DNA of 19,694 bases from contig JBDRML010000034.1 in the NCBI GenBank assembly GCA_043812195.1, positions 1 to 19,694 of the forward strand, written 5' to 3'. A program made the translations under genes and the position numbers. This document shows, in pieces, positions 7,757 through 15,966 of this stretch. Position 1 is the first letter of the stretch. Every line of letters begins with the position of its first letter. The notes under the pieces were generated by a model. It was not told the origin of the DNA and did no database searches. It worked only from the letters and a program-made list of their open reading frames with translations. The DNA is from Candidatus Woesearchaeota archaeon. GTDB lineage: Archaea > Nanobdellota > Nanobdellia > SCGC-AAA011-G17 > PNOQ01.

Positions 7757-9618
7757 AAAATATAAAAATAATGATGATTGTAATTTTGGTTTTTTGTATT
7801 CTAGTTATTTCTGGATGCGAATTACAATTATCCCAACCTAAAGGAAACGCACTTATTAACAAATCTGAGGCCACAGACACTTTAGAAGGAAGAGTTAGTT
7901 TAATAGCTATTGATGATTTTGATAACCCACAAAATAGTAGATTAGAATGGTTTATTAATACACCACAAGGATCCTTTATTTTAAGAGGAGATAACCTATT
8001 TTCATTAACGCCTGGCTCTAAAATTAGAGTTAGCGGGAAATTAGATGGTACGGATTTAACTATCACAGATGAAATTGTTATTCTTAGAGATGTAGAATTG
8101 CCAGGACCCGAATTTAATTTAGGAGAAAATAAAATTTTAATAATATCGGGAGAATACGGTGATTATCCAACTAATCTAGATACAGAAGAAATAAGACATT
8201 TTACATTTGAAGGATTTCCATCTATAAACGGTTATTATGAAGAAAACTCATACGGCAAGAGTTGGTTTGAAGGAGATGTTATCGGACCATTATATTTAGG
8301 AGACATAAAGCCTACAGGCATGCCTTGTTGGCCATTGAATCATCAAAATAAAATTACCATTACAGAGGATTTCATAGAAGCAGTAGATTCATTAATTAAC
8401 TTCACAGAATACAAACGTATCATTTTTTTATTGGGAGACAATTGTGCAAACGGATTTGGAGAAATTGGACCAGCAGTACATGAAACCTCAGACGGTGAAG
8501 TGATTCAGACTTGGGCATGGGTATCATCATATAGAGTTTCTGATTTCATTCATATCGCGTCTCACGAATTAGGGCACAATTTTGGAACTCTACATTCTAA
8601 CTTCGCATACTGCGGAAATATTGATTTTGGAGATAATTTTAGCAATTGTGAAAGTTGGGAGTATGGAAATATCTTTTCAGTCATGGGGGGTAATTCAAGA
8701 CTTGGACATTTTACAGTTAATTATAAGGATCAAATAGGGTGGATCAATATTGATGAAAAAATAAATGTAACTTCTGGAAAATATTTTTTAACACCATTAG
8801 AAATCGATAATGGTCTAAAAGAAATTATGATACCCTATGGGGTTATTAATGCCCCTTCTTTTACTTCATTTTTAGGTAATGTAAGTGCCTATTATATAAT
8901 AGAATATCGACAACCTCTTGGCTATGATAATAATTGGAACCCAGACTATAACTATTCAAATTACACATATGCAACACCTGAAATAAATGGGACATTTGTT
9001 ACGTTTAGAACTATTCCATACGACGACTTATTTTTCAACCCATACTTTAATTCAAATGAACATTTAATAGACTCCACACCTGAGGAATGGGAGTTGAATG
9101 GAACGAAAATGCCACAGGAAGATTCTATGTTATTAGAAGGACAAGAATTTCATGATAATAATATTGGAATAACAATCAGAGTTCTTTCGATGAATTCATC
9201 AGGAGCAGAAATTGAAATAATAAGAACTAAAGTTCCATCATGGACAGAATGTAACACAGAAACACAACCAAAAGATTGTAACGCTGTATGCACAGATTTA
9301 AATACAACATGCGTTGAAGAATGTACAACAATTAGTAGAGTTGAAAATGCAGGAGCAGAAATATTTATAGATGTAAACGACTGTAGTTTAGATTATTCTT
9401 ATGAAAGTGGTTGTTTCAACACAATACCAACCGGTTCAAGTAGGCATTGTTGTTGTTTAATTGAATCAGTTGGCGAACCAGAGCCTCCAAGTGGCGGAGG
9501 CAAAGAAGTATATCAACAAGCATTATTAGAAGAAGAAGGCTCACAATTGTCAAAAGAATCAATATTTACTAAAATAATAAACATAATTAAAAATATACTA
9601 ACAGCAAAAATAAAATGA
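7753..9618 (+). CDS. Secreted lipoprotein-type zinc metalloprotease (metzincin, M11 gametolysin/M6-like) with C-terminal Cys-rich domain
   Basis: Signal with lipobox LVISGC; YYEENSYGK; HELGHNFGTLH (HExxHxxGxxH) at 8563; Met-turn EYGNIFSVMG; IEYRQPLGYD; 10-Cys domain shared with 11454..15293. Confidence 0.85.
   Translation: MKNIKIMMIVILVFCILVISGCELQLSQPKGNALINKSEATDTLEGRVSLIAIDDFDNPQNSRLEWFINTPQGSFILRGDNLFSLTPGSKIRVSGKLDGTDLTITDEIVILRDVELPGPEFNLGENKILIISGEYGDYPTNLDTEEIRHFTFEGFPSINGYYEENSYGKSWFEGDVIGPLYLGDIKPTGMPCWPLNHQNKITITEDFIEAVDSLINFTEYKRIIFLLGDNCANGFGEIGPAVHETSDGEVIQTWAWVSSYRVSDFIHIASHELGHNFGTLHSNFAYCGNIDFGDNFSNCESWEYGNIFSVMGGNSRLGHFTVNYKDQIGWINIDEKINVTSGKYFLTPLEIDNGLKEIMIPYGVINAPSFTSFLGNVSAYYIIEYRQPLGYDNNWNPDYNYSNYTYATPEINGTFVTFRTIPYDDLFFNPYFNSNEHLIDSTPEEWELNGTKMPQEDSMLLEGQEFHDNNIGITIRVLSMNSSGAEIEIIRTKVPSWTECNTETQPKDCNAVCTDLNTTCVEECTTISRVENAGAEIFIDVNDCSLDYSYESGCFNTIPTGSSRHCCCLIESVGEPEPPSGGGKEVYQQALLEEEGSQLSKESIFTKIINIIKNILTAKIK
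9229..9480 (+). repeat. Cys-rich domain, copy 1 (copy 2 at 14757-15008)
   Basis: KVPSWTECNTETQPKDC...SSRHCCCLIESVGEP; 75/84 aa identical to copy 2; 47-nt exact match 9385-9431 = 14913-14959. Confidence 0.97.
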
Positions 9619-9621
9619 AAA
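9562..9621 (+). repeat. Conserved C-terminal tail plus stop/start junction, copy 1 (copy 2 at 15237-15296)
   Basis: 57/60 nt identical; last 33 nt exact (aaaaatatactaacagcaaaaataaaatgaaaa). Confidence 0.95.
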
Positions 9622-11402
9622 GAGAACTTCAAGAAATAGCAAACATTCTAAGAAGAGACGTAATAAAAATGACTACAGCAGCAGAAAGCGGTCACCCAAC
9701 TTCTTGCATGTCATGCGCAGAAATAATAAGTGCATTATTCTTTAATGAAATGAGATATAATAAAGATCCATTTAATCCAGACAATGACGAATTTATTTTA
9801 AGCAAAGGTCACGCAGCACCAATTTTATATGCAGCATTACACAGAGCAGGCAGATTAAAAGAAAAATTAACAAATCTAAGAAAATTAACAAGTTCATTAG
9901 AAGGTCATCCTACTCCAGAACTAAAATGGATAAAAGTTGCTACAGGTTCTTTAGGTCAGGGTTTATCAGCAGGAGTTGGAATGGCTTTAGCAGCAAAACT
10001 ACAAAAAAGAAAATTCAGAACTTATGTTTTAATAGGCGACAGCGAATCAGCAGAAGGCTCCAATTTTGAAGCAATACAATTAGCAGCACATTACAAATTA
10101 AACAATTTGTGTGCAATACTAGATGTAAATAGACTAGGCCAAACAAAACAAACAATGTTAGGCCACAATGTAGAAGAATACAAAAAAAGATACGATGCAT
10201 TTGGCTGGAATTCTATAATTATAGATGGACACGACATAGAACAAATCCTTAAAGCACTCAAAAAAGCTAGAGAATCAAATAAACCAACGATAATAATTGC
10301 AAAAACATTCAAAGGAAAAGGAATAAGATTTTTAGAAAATGAAATAGGACATCATGGAGAAGCACTAGACCACAAAAAAATGTTAATGGCACTAAAAGAA
10401 CTTCCAAATCCTAAATTTCCATACATAAAAATTCAAAAACCAACAAAAACAAAATTCAAAATAAAATTAAAGAAACCAAATAATATAAATTACAAATTAG
10501 GAGAAGAAATAGCAACAAGAGAAGCATATGGAAATGCTTTAGCTTCTTTAGCAGAAAGAAATCAAAATATTTTAGCAATAGATGCAGAAGTAAGCAACTC
10601 AACATTTTCAGAAGAAGTAAAAGAAAAAACACCAAAACAATTCATAGAAGCTTACATAGCAGAACAAAATATGATTGGGATGGCTTTAGGACTATCTAAA
10701 AAAGATTTCAATGTTTTTGCATCAAGTTTTTCAGCTTTTTTATCAAGAGCCCATGATCAATTAAGAATGGCAGCAGTTTCAGATGCAAATTTCACAGTCT
10801 GCGGCTCACATTCAGGAGTTTCAATAGGAAAAGATGGCGCCTCTCAAATGGGATTAGAAGACATATCAATGTTCAGATCTTTACCAAACAGCATTATTTT
10901 TTATCCATCAGATGCAGTCTCAACAGAGAAATTAACAAAACTATGTGCAAAATTAAAAGGAATAAAATATATTAGAACTACAAGACCAAAAACTCCAGTT
11001 ATTTATAAAAATTCAGAAAATTTCAAAATAGGAGATTTCAAAGTTCTTAAAAAATCAAAAAAAGACAAAGCAGTTGTAGTTGGTTCAGGAATAACAGTTC
11101 ATGAAGCATTAAAAGCTTACAAAGAATTAAAAAATATTGCAGTCATAGATTTATATTGTATTAAACCATTTAACTCAAAAAAATTCATAAAATTCATAAA
11201 AAAACACGGAAATAAAGTTATCATAGCAGAAGATCATTACAAGGAAGGCGGAATTGGTGAAATGTTAATCTCAGAACTTAAAAATACAAATATTAAAATC
11301 AAACATCTTTATATACCAGAAATTCCACATTCAGGTACACAAGAACAATTATTAAACAAATACAAAATAAATTCAAAAGCAATAATAAAAGCTGTAAAAT
11401 GA
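9615..11402 (+). CDS. tkt: Transketolase (single-chain)
   Basis: SGHPTSCMS, LSKGHAAP, LEGHP, TGSLGQG, TPP motif GDSESAEG...DVN, IAEQNM, DGASQMGLED, EDHY. Confidence 0.95.
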   Translation: MKRELQEIANILRRDVIKMTTAAESGHPTSCMSCAEIISALFFNEMRYNKDPFNPDNDEFILSKGHAAPILYAALHRAGRLKEKLTNLRKLTSSLEGHPTPELKWIKVATGSLGQGLSAGVGMALAAKLQKRKFRTYVLIGDSESAEGSNFEAIQLAAHYKLNNLCAILDVNRLGQTKQTMLGHNVEEYKKRYDAFGWNSIIIDGHDIEQILKALKKARESNKPTIIIAKTFKGKGIRFLENEIGHHGEALDHKKMLMALKELPNPKFPYIKIQKPTKTKFKIKLKKPNNINYKLGEEIATREAYGNALASLAERNQNILAIDAEVSNSTFSEEVKEKTPKQFIEAYIAEQNMIGMALGLSKKDFNVFASSFSAFLSRAHDQLRMAAVSDANFTVCGSHSGVSIGKDGASQMGLEDISMFRSLPNSIIFYPSDAVSTEKLTKLCAKLKGIKYIRTTRPKTPVIYKNSENFKIGDFKVLKKSKKDKAVVVGSGITVHEALKAYKELKNIAVIDLYCIKPFNSKKFIKFIKKHGNKVIIAEDHYKEGGIGEMLISELKNTNIKIKHLYIPEIPHSGTQEQLLNKYKINSKAIIKAVK

Positions 11403-11422
11403 AATAATTTTAAAAAGATAAT

Positions 11423-11430
11423 TATTTAAA
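11423..11430 (+). promoter_or_regulatory. TATA-like box for the C25/FG-GAP gene
   Basis: tatttaaa ending 24 nt before ATG 11454, the same spacing as at 193, 3320, 3778 and 19585. Confidence 0.5.
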
Positions 11431-11453
11431 TCAGTTTAAGCATTTTTAATTAC

Positions 11454-14400
11454 ATGAAAAAGAGGTTCATATTTATAATTCTAATCTTATTAGTTTTAGT
11501 TATCTCTGGATGTGAAGAATGGAGATCTGGTCCTGAAAAAAATAAGGACATTAAAAAGAAATATCTTACTGAATCTGAATTAGGATTAACTACTGATTTG
11601 TTTAAAGCAGAACAAATTTTTTCAGTTCAAGATTTAGAGAAAAACAAGAATCTTAGAAAATATTTAAAAGGAGATAAGTCTATAAGCCAGTACGATTATG
11701 TTGAAGTAACAAAATGGGCAGATCCAATAAGAAAAGAGCCATTTGGTTATAAAGAATATATAAAAGAAAGGGAATTTTTTGAAGCTACTTTAATTTATTC
11801 CTCAGAATCTGAAAATGATGATTTGCTTTTCTTAATAATCGATAGTAATCTATATCCTTACATAGAGAATGAACTTTCTATTTTTATCGGCGATTTAGAA
11901 AATGATGGGTACAATATTGAGATGTATACAGTAACGTATGGCGATCCAGAAGACTTAAGATCTTTTTTACAAACAGCTTATCCATCTCTTGTTGGAACTA
12001 TTTTAATAGGAGATATATCTACCGCTTGGTATGAAATTTATTATGATGAATTTCCCATAGATTATTTTTATATGGACCTAAATGGAAATTGGATAGATGA
12101 AGATAGCAATGGTTTATTTGAAAATCATACTGGTAGTGTGGAACCAGAAATATGGGTGGGAAGAATAGACGCAACAACATTAGAAGGTGACAATATAGAA
12201 CTATACAAAAATTATTTTAATAAAAATCATAAATACAGAACAAGTGAATTAAAGTTGCCAACAAGAGCTCTTGTTTATGTAGATAATGATTGGGCATATG
12301 GTTCACAATGGGAACAAGATCATGAATACTTATACGAATATATTAATTATGTAGATAATCACGATGGAACTAATGCATTTGATTACCAAAACCGCCTGAA
12401 TTGGGATTATGAATGGATAACAGTAATGGCACATTCTAGTTCTGGGGGGCACATTTTTAGCAGTAAATTTGAAGGAGATGAATATTTCGATAATTGGGTT
12501 TCTTCAAATGATATAATGGAACTAGATCCAAACGGTTTATTTTATAATCTCTTCGCATGCTCATCTGCTCGATTTACTGAATATGACTATATTGCCGGGA
12601 GATATCTTTTTGCAGATACATATGGTTTAGGTGTTGTTGGTTCAACTAAATCAGGAAGTATGCTACAATTTGGGTATTTCTATCAACCACTTAGTTATGG
12701 GAAGAATTTAGGAAGTGCGTATAAAGATTGGTTTGATTACATTGCAACAGATGGTTTTGATGAAGGAGAGATATCCTGGCATTATGGAATGGTTTTGCTT
12801 GGCGATCCAACTTTAAAACCTAACGTCCCTAATGAAATTCCTATTGCTGATATTAATATGGAAGATTATACTGAGATATCGTCATTAAATGATATAGTTG
12901 GAACTGCTAAAAAGGGAATTGAAGAAGGATCAACATTTGATAATTATAAATTATATATTGGCTTAGGAGTAAACCCTGAGGAATGGTCAACTAATGGAAT
13001 AACAGTAATCGAAAATGGGTCAATTGAGATAAATAAAAATTTACTTGGCGAATTTGATACGACTAAAACAAATGAAAAATTTAACACATTAAAATTAACT
13101 GTTAATGGATCTGAAACACAAACCAATTATAGAATAGTTATTGATGTAAATAATATTTATTTTTCTGATCCACTAAATAATGATTTTAAAAAAAGTGGAG
13201 AAAATATACAAATTATTGGTACTGTTATGGGAACCGATTTTTCTAACTATACTATTGATTATGGTATCGGTATCGAACCTACAACATGGTTTACTGAAGG
13301 GATTATATTAACTAATGGAGGTCTAAATCAAGTGATTGATGATGTTCTTGCTGTATGGGATACATCTACTATACTTGAAAATAACTTCTATACATTAAGA
13401 ATTACACGGTACGATGTTGATAGATTTCAAGTAACAGAAAAAATAATAATTTTTTTTGATCTAGAGTATTTGGAGGGATGGCCACAAAAAGTTAACTTTA
13501 GATTAGTAGCACCTTCTGTTGGTGTTGGAAGCATAGAGTCTAATAATGAAAAACATTGGAAAATTGTAGCTGGAGAATTTAAATATAGTGAATATTATAC
13601 ACCCAAACAAATTTATTTATTTAATTACGATGGTAAAGATGTACCCAACTGGCCTAAGGAAATCTGGAGCCAAGGTACTAGATCTCTATCAACATTAGCA
13701 AATATAGATGAAGGAGATAGTTTAGCGATTTACATTGGTGAAGAATTTCTATTATGGGGGTGGAATTATGACGGCAATACTTTTGGTAATTGGCCTTTCG
13801 AAATTGAACCATTTAATAGTGAAATTTATAATGGTCCAACAATAGGGGATATAGATAATGATAATGAACTAGAAATTATAGCTACAACATTAGTATTGGA
13901 TGAAATAGGAAGTTACATCGGAGTTTGGGATAAAAATGGAAATGTAGAAGATGGTTGGCCATTTATTTTAATAAATAGTACTATTGTAGGTAGTACACCT
14001 GCTATCTCTGACGTAGATAAAGATGGATTTTTAGAGATATTTATTGGATCCACAGACAAAGTTTACGGATTTAATCATGATGGTACACTTTTACCGGGTT
14101 GGCCAATATCAATAGATGGATTTATATGGAATTCACCTGTTATCGTAGATATTAATCAAGATGGTAATCTTGATATTATTTTTTGTTCTGATAAAGTCTA
14201 TGCATTTAATTTTAATGGAACTAATGTGGATGAAGATATTTGGCCAGTAGACATTAGTTGTTATATTGGATCTCCAGCAGTTGGAGATGCTGATGGTGAT
14301 GGAGATATTGAAATAGTGTTATCTTCTTATTTAGAGGGAGATGATCAGATTATTATAATCAATCATGATGGTACAATTTTACCTGGTTGGCCAGTTATCG

Positions 14401-15293
14401 CTCAAGGAACATCATTTACATCTCCTATATTAGGTGATATCGATGGAGATTATGATATAGAAATTTTAATTTCGAGCAACATAAATATTGGCAGACTTTA
14501 TGCATTTCATCATAATGGAAGTATAGTAAATGGTTGGCCAAAAATATTACCTACTCCAATTATAAATGAACATAGAGCTATAGAGAGAGGAACTCCAATT
14601 ATATCAGATCTAGATGAAGATGGAGATGTAGATATTATACTTGGTTATGAAAATTATCTTTTTGTGTGGGATTTAAACACACCTTACAATTCATTTACAA
14701 TGGAATGGCCAATGTTCCAACATGATCCTCAACATACTGGACTATACACAAAACCAAAAGTCCCAACATGGACAGAATGCAATACAGAAACACAACCTAA
14801 AGATTGCAACGATGTATGTGAAGACTTAAACACAACATGTATAGATGAATGTACAACAATCAGCGGAGTTGAAAATGCAGGAGCAGAAATATTCATAGAT
14901 GTAAATGACTGCAGTTTAGATTATTCTTATGAAAGTGGTTGTTTCAACACAATACCAACAGGTTCTAGTAGGCATTGTTGCTGTTTGCTTGAATCAATTA
15001 GCGAGCCAGATTTTTGTGGAGACGGGAATTGTAATGGTAATGAAACAGATATAAATTGTCCTGAGGATTGTGGTTGTCAGGCTGCTGGATGTGATACATT
15101 TGCTCCTGGAGACTGTTATTGTGATTCTGTATGCGTTGAATATGGAGATTGTTGTTCAGATGCATGCTCAGAGTGTGGATATTGTCCTAGAGGAGGAGGA
15201 AAAAAATTATATCAACAACTATCAAAAGAACCAACCATATTTACTAAAATACTAAACACAATCAAAAATATACTAACAGCAAAAATAAAATGA
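11454..15293 (+). CDS. Large secreted lipoprotein: C25 (gingipain-like) cysteine peptidase, two Ig-like repeats, FG-GAP repeats, Cys-rich domain and somatomedin-B-like domain
   Basis: LVISGC lipobox; ILIGD, DYFYMDL, PEIWVGRI, MAHSS (His327), FACSS (Cys369), LLGDPTL; repeated GWP...SP.(I/V).D(I/L)DxDGxxEI; WPMFQHDPQHTG; CGDGNC..NCPEDC; CYCDSVCVEYGDCCSD. Confidence 0.85.
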   Translation: MKKRFIFIILILLVLVISGCEEWRSGPEKNKDIKKKYLTESELGLTTDLFKAEQIFSVQDLEKNKNLRKYLKGDKSISQYDYVEVTKWADPIRKEPFGYKEYIKEREFFEATLIYSSESENDDLLFLIIDSNLYPYIENELSIFIGDLENDGYNIEMYTVTYGDPEDLRSFLQTAYPSLVGTILIGDISTAWYEIYYDEFPIDYFYMDLNGNWIDEDSNGLFENHTGSVEPEIWVGRIDATTLEGDNIELYKNYFNKNHKYRTSELKLPTRALVYVDNDWAYGSQWEQDHEYLYEYINYVDNHDGTNAFDYQNRLNWDYEWITVMAHSSSGGHIFSSKFEGDEYFDNWVSSNDIMELDPNGLFYNLFACSSARFTEYDYIAGRYLFADTYGLGVVGSTKSGSMLQFGYFYQPLSYGKNLGSAYKDWFDYIATDGFDEGEISWHYGMVLLGDPTLKPNVPNEIPIADINMEDYTEISSLNDIVGTAKKGIEEGSTFDNYKLYIGLGVNPEEWSTNGITVIENGSIEINKNLLGEFDTTKTNEKFNTLKLTVNGSETQTNYRIVIDVNNIYFSDPLNNDFKKSGENIQIIGTVMGTDFSNYTIDYGIGIEPTTWFTEGIILTNGGLNQVIDDVLAVWDTSTILENNFYTLRITRYDVDRFQVTEKIIIFFDLEYLEGWPQKVNFRLVAPSVGVGSIESNNEKHWKIVAGEFKYSEYYTPKQIYLFNYDGKDVPNWPKEIWSQGTRSLSTLANIDEGDSLAIYIGEEFLLWGWNYDGNTFGNWPFEIEPFNSEIYNGPTIGDIDNDNELEIIATTLVLDEIGSYIGVWDKNGNVEDGWPFILINSTIVGSTPAISDVDKDGFLEIFIGSTDKVYGFNHDGTLLPGWPISIDGFIWNSPVIVDINQDGNLDIIFCSDKVYAFNFNGTNVDEDIWPVDISCYIGSPAVGDADGDGDIEIVLSSYLEGDDQIIIINHDGTILPGWPVIAQGTSFTSPILGDIDGDYDIEILISSNINIGRLYAFHHNGSIVNGWPKILPTPIINEHRAIERGTPIISDLDEDGDVDIILGYENYLFVWDLNTPYNSFTMEWPMFQHDPQHTGLYTKPKVPTWTECNTETQPKDCNDVCEDLNTTCIDECTTISGVENAGAEIFIDVNDCSLDYSYESGCFNTIPTGSSRHCCCLLESISEPDFCGDGNCNGNETDINCPEDCGCQAAGCDTFAPGDCYCDSVCVEYGDCCSDACSECGYCPRGGGKKLYQQLSKEPTIFTKILNTIKNILTAKIK
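14757..15008 (+). repeat. Cys-rich domain, copy 2 (copy 1 at 9229-9480)
   Basis: KVPTWTECNTETQPKDC...SSRHCCCLLESISEP. Confidence 0.97.
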
Positions 15294-15296
15294 AAA
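15237..15296 (+). repeat. Conserved C-terminal tail plus stop/start junction, copy 2
   Basis: IFTKILNTIKNILTAKIK* versus IFTKIINIIKNILTAKIK*. Confidence 0.95.
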
Positions 15297-15946
15297 TACC
15301 ATTTAAAAGAATAAAAGAGGAAATAAGTAAAGAACATTTCAGAGTTGCTATTTTTGGTTCTGCTAGGATTAAAAGAAACGATAAAAATTATCAGATGATC
15401 TATGATTTATCAAAAAAAATAGGAGCAGAAAATATTGATATAGTTACTGGTGGAGGTCCAGGAATTATGGAAGCAGCTAATAAAGGCCATAGAGCAGGCA
15501 GCACTGGAACTTCACATTCATTTGGTTTATTAATTCAATTACCAAAAGAACAAAGAACAAATAATAGTTTAGATATCAAAAGAAATTTCTCTAAATTCAC
15601 AAGCAGATTAGATAGTTTTGCAGATTTATCAAATGTATTTATAGTCGCACCAGGTGGAATAGGTACAACACTAGAATTATTTTATATCTGGCAATTAACA
15701 CAAGTTAAAAAATTAAGAGAAGAAGTCCCAATAATTTTAATTGGCCCAATGTGGTCTGATCTAATTAAATGGGTCAAAAAATGGCAACTAAAAAGAAGAT
15801 TTATTGATAGAAAAGATTTGGACGGAATATTCTTCGCCAAAACTCCAGAAGAAGCAATGAAAATAATAAATAAAGCACATAAATTAAATATCGAAGGAAA
15901 GAGACAAATATCAAAGAAATTAAGAAATCTAAAGGAACACGTTTAG
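15290..15946 (+). CDS. LOG-family nucleotide phosphoribohydrolase (SLOG Rossmann fold)
   Basis: FGSAR, TGGGPGIMEAANKG, APGGIGTTLE (PGGxGTxxE), PIILIG. Confidence 0.92.
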   Translation: MKIPFKRIKEEISKEHFRVAIFGSARIKRNDKNYQMIYDLSKKIGAENIDIVTGGGPGIMEAANKGHRAGSTGTSHSFGLLIQLPKEQRTNNSLDIKRNFSKFTSRLDSFADLSNVFIVAPGGIGTTLELFYIWQLTQVKKLREEVPIILIGPMWSDLIKWVKKWQLKRRFIDRKDLDGIFFAKTPEEAMKIINKAHKLNIEGKRQISKKLRNLKEHV

Positions 15947-15966
15947 GTAAGAGAATTAATTATAAG

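Noticed and set aside
69-13126. Short minus-strand ORFs (69..323, 1950..2171, 2265..2522, 2937..3122, 3831..4040, 5745..5942, 6830..7174, 7171..7362, 7728..8066, 10015..10200, 10091..10312, 12944..13126)
   Set aside because: Antisense shadows of well-supported genes; Phe/Leu/Ile richness simply mirrors A-rich sense codons
9229-15008. Diversity-generating retroelement TR/VR pair (two similar ~250-nt copies near gene 3' ends)
   Set aside because: Mismatches are mostly synonymous C/T changes in both directions rather than adenine-specific, both copies are coding, and no reverse transcriptase is in the window
7747-15296. Calling the protease units IS elements or integron cassettes
   Set aside because: No transposase, integrase, terminal inverted repeats or attC-like palindromes were seen; kept only as a hypothesis in findings
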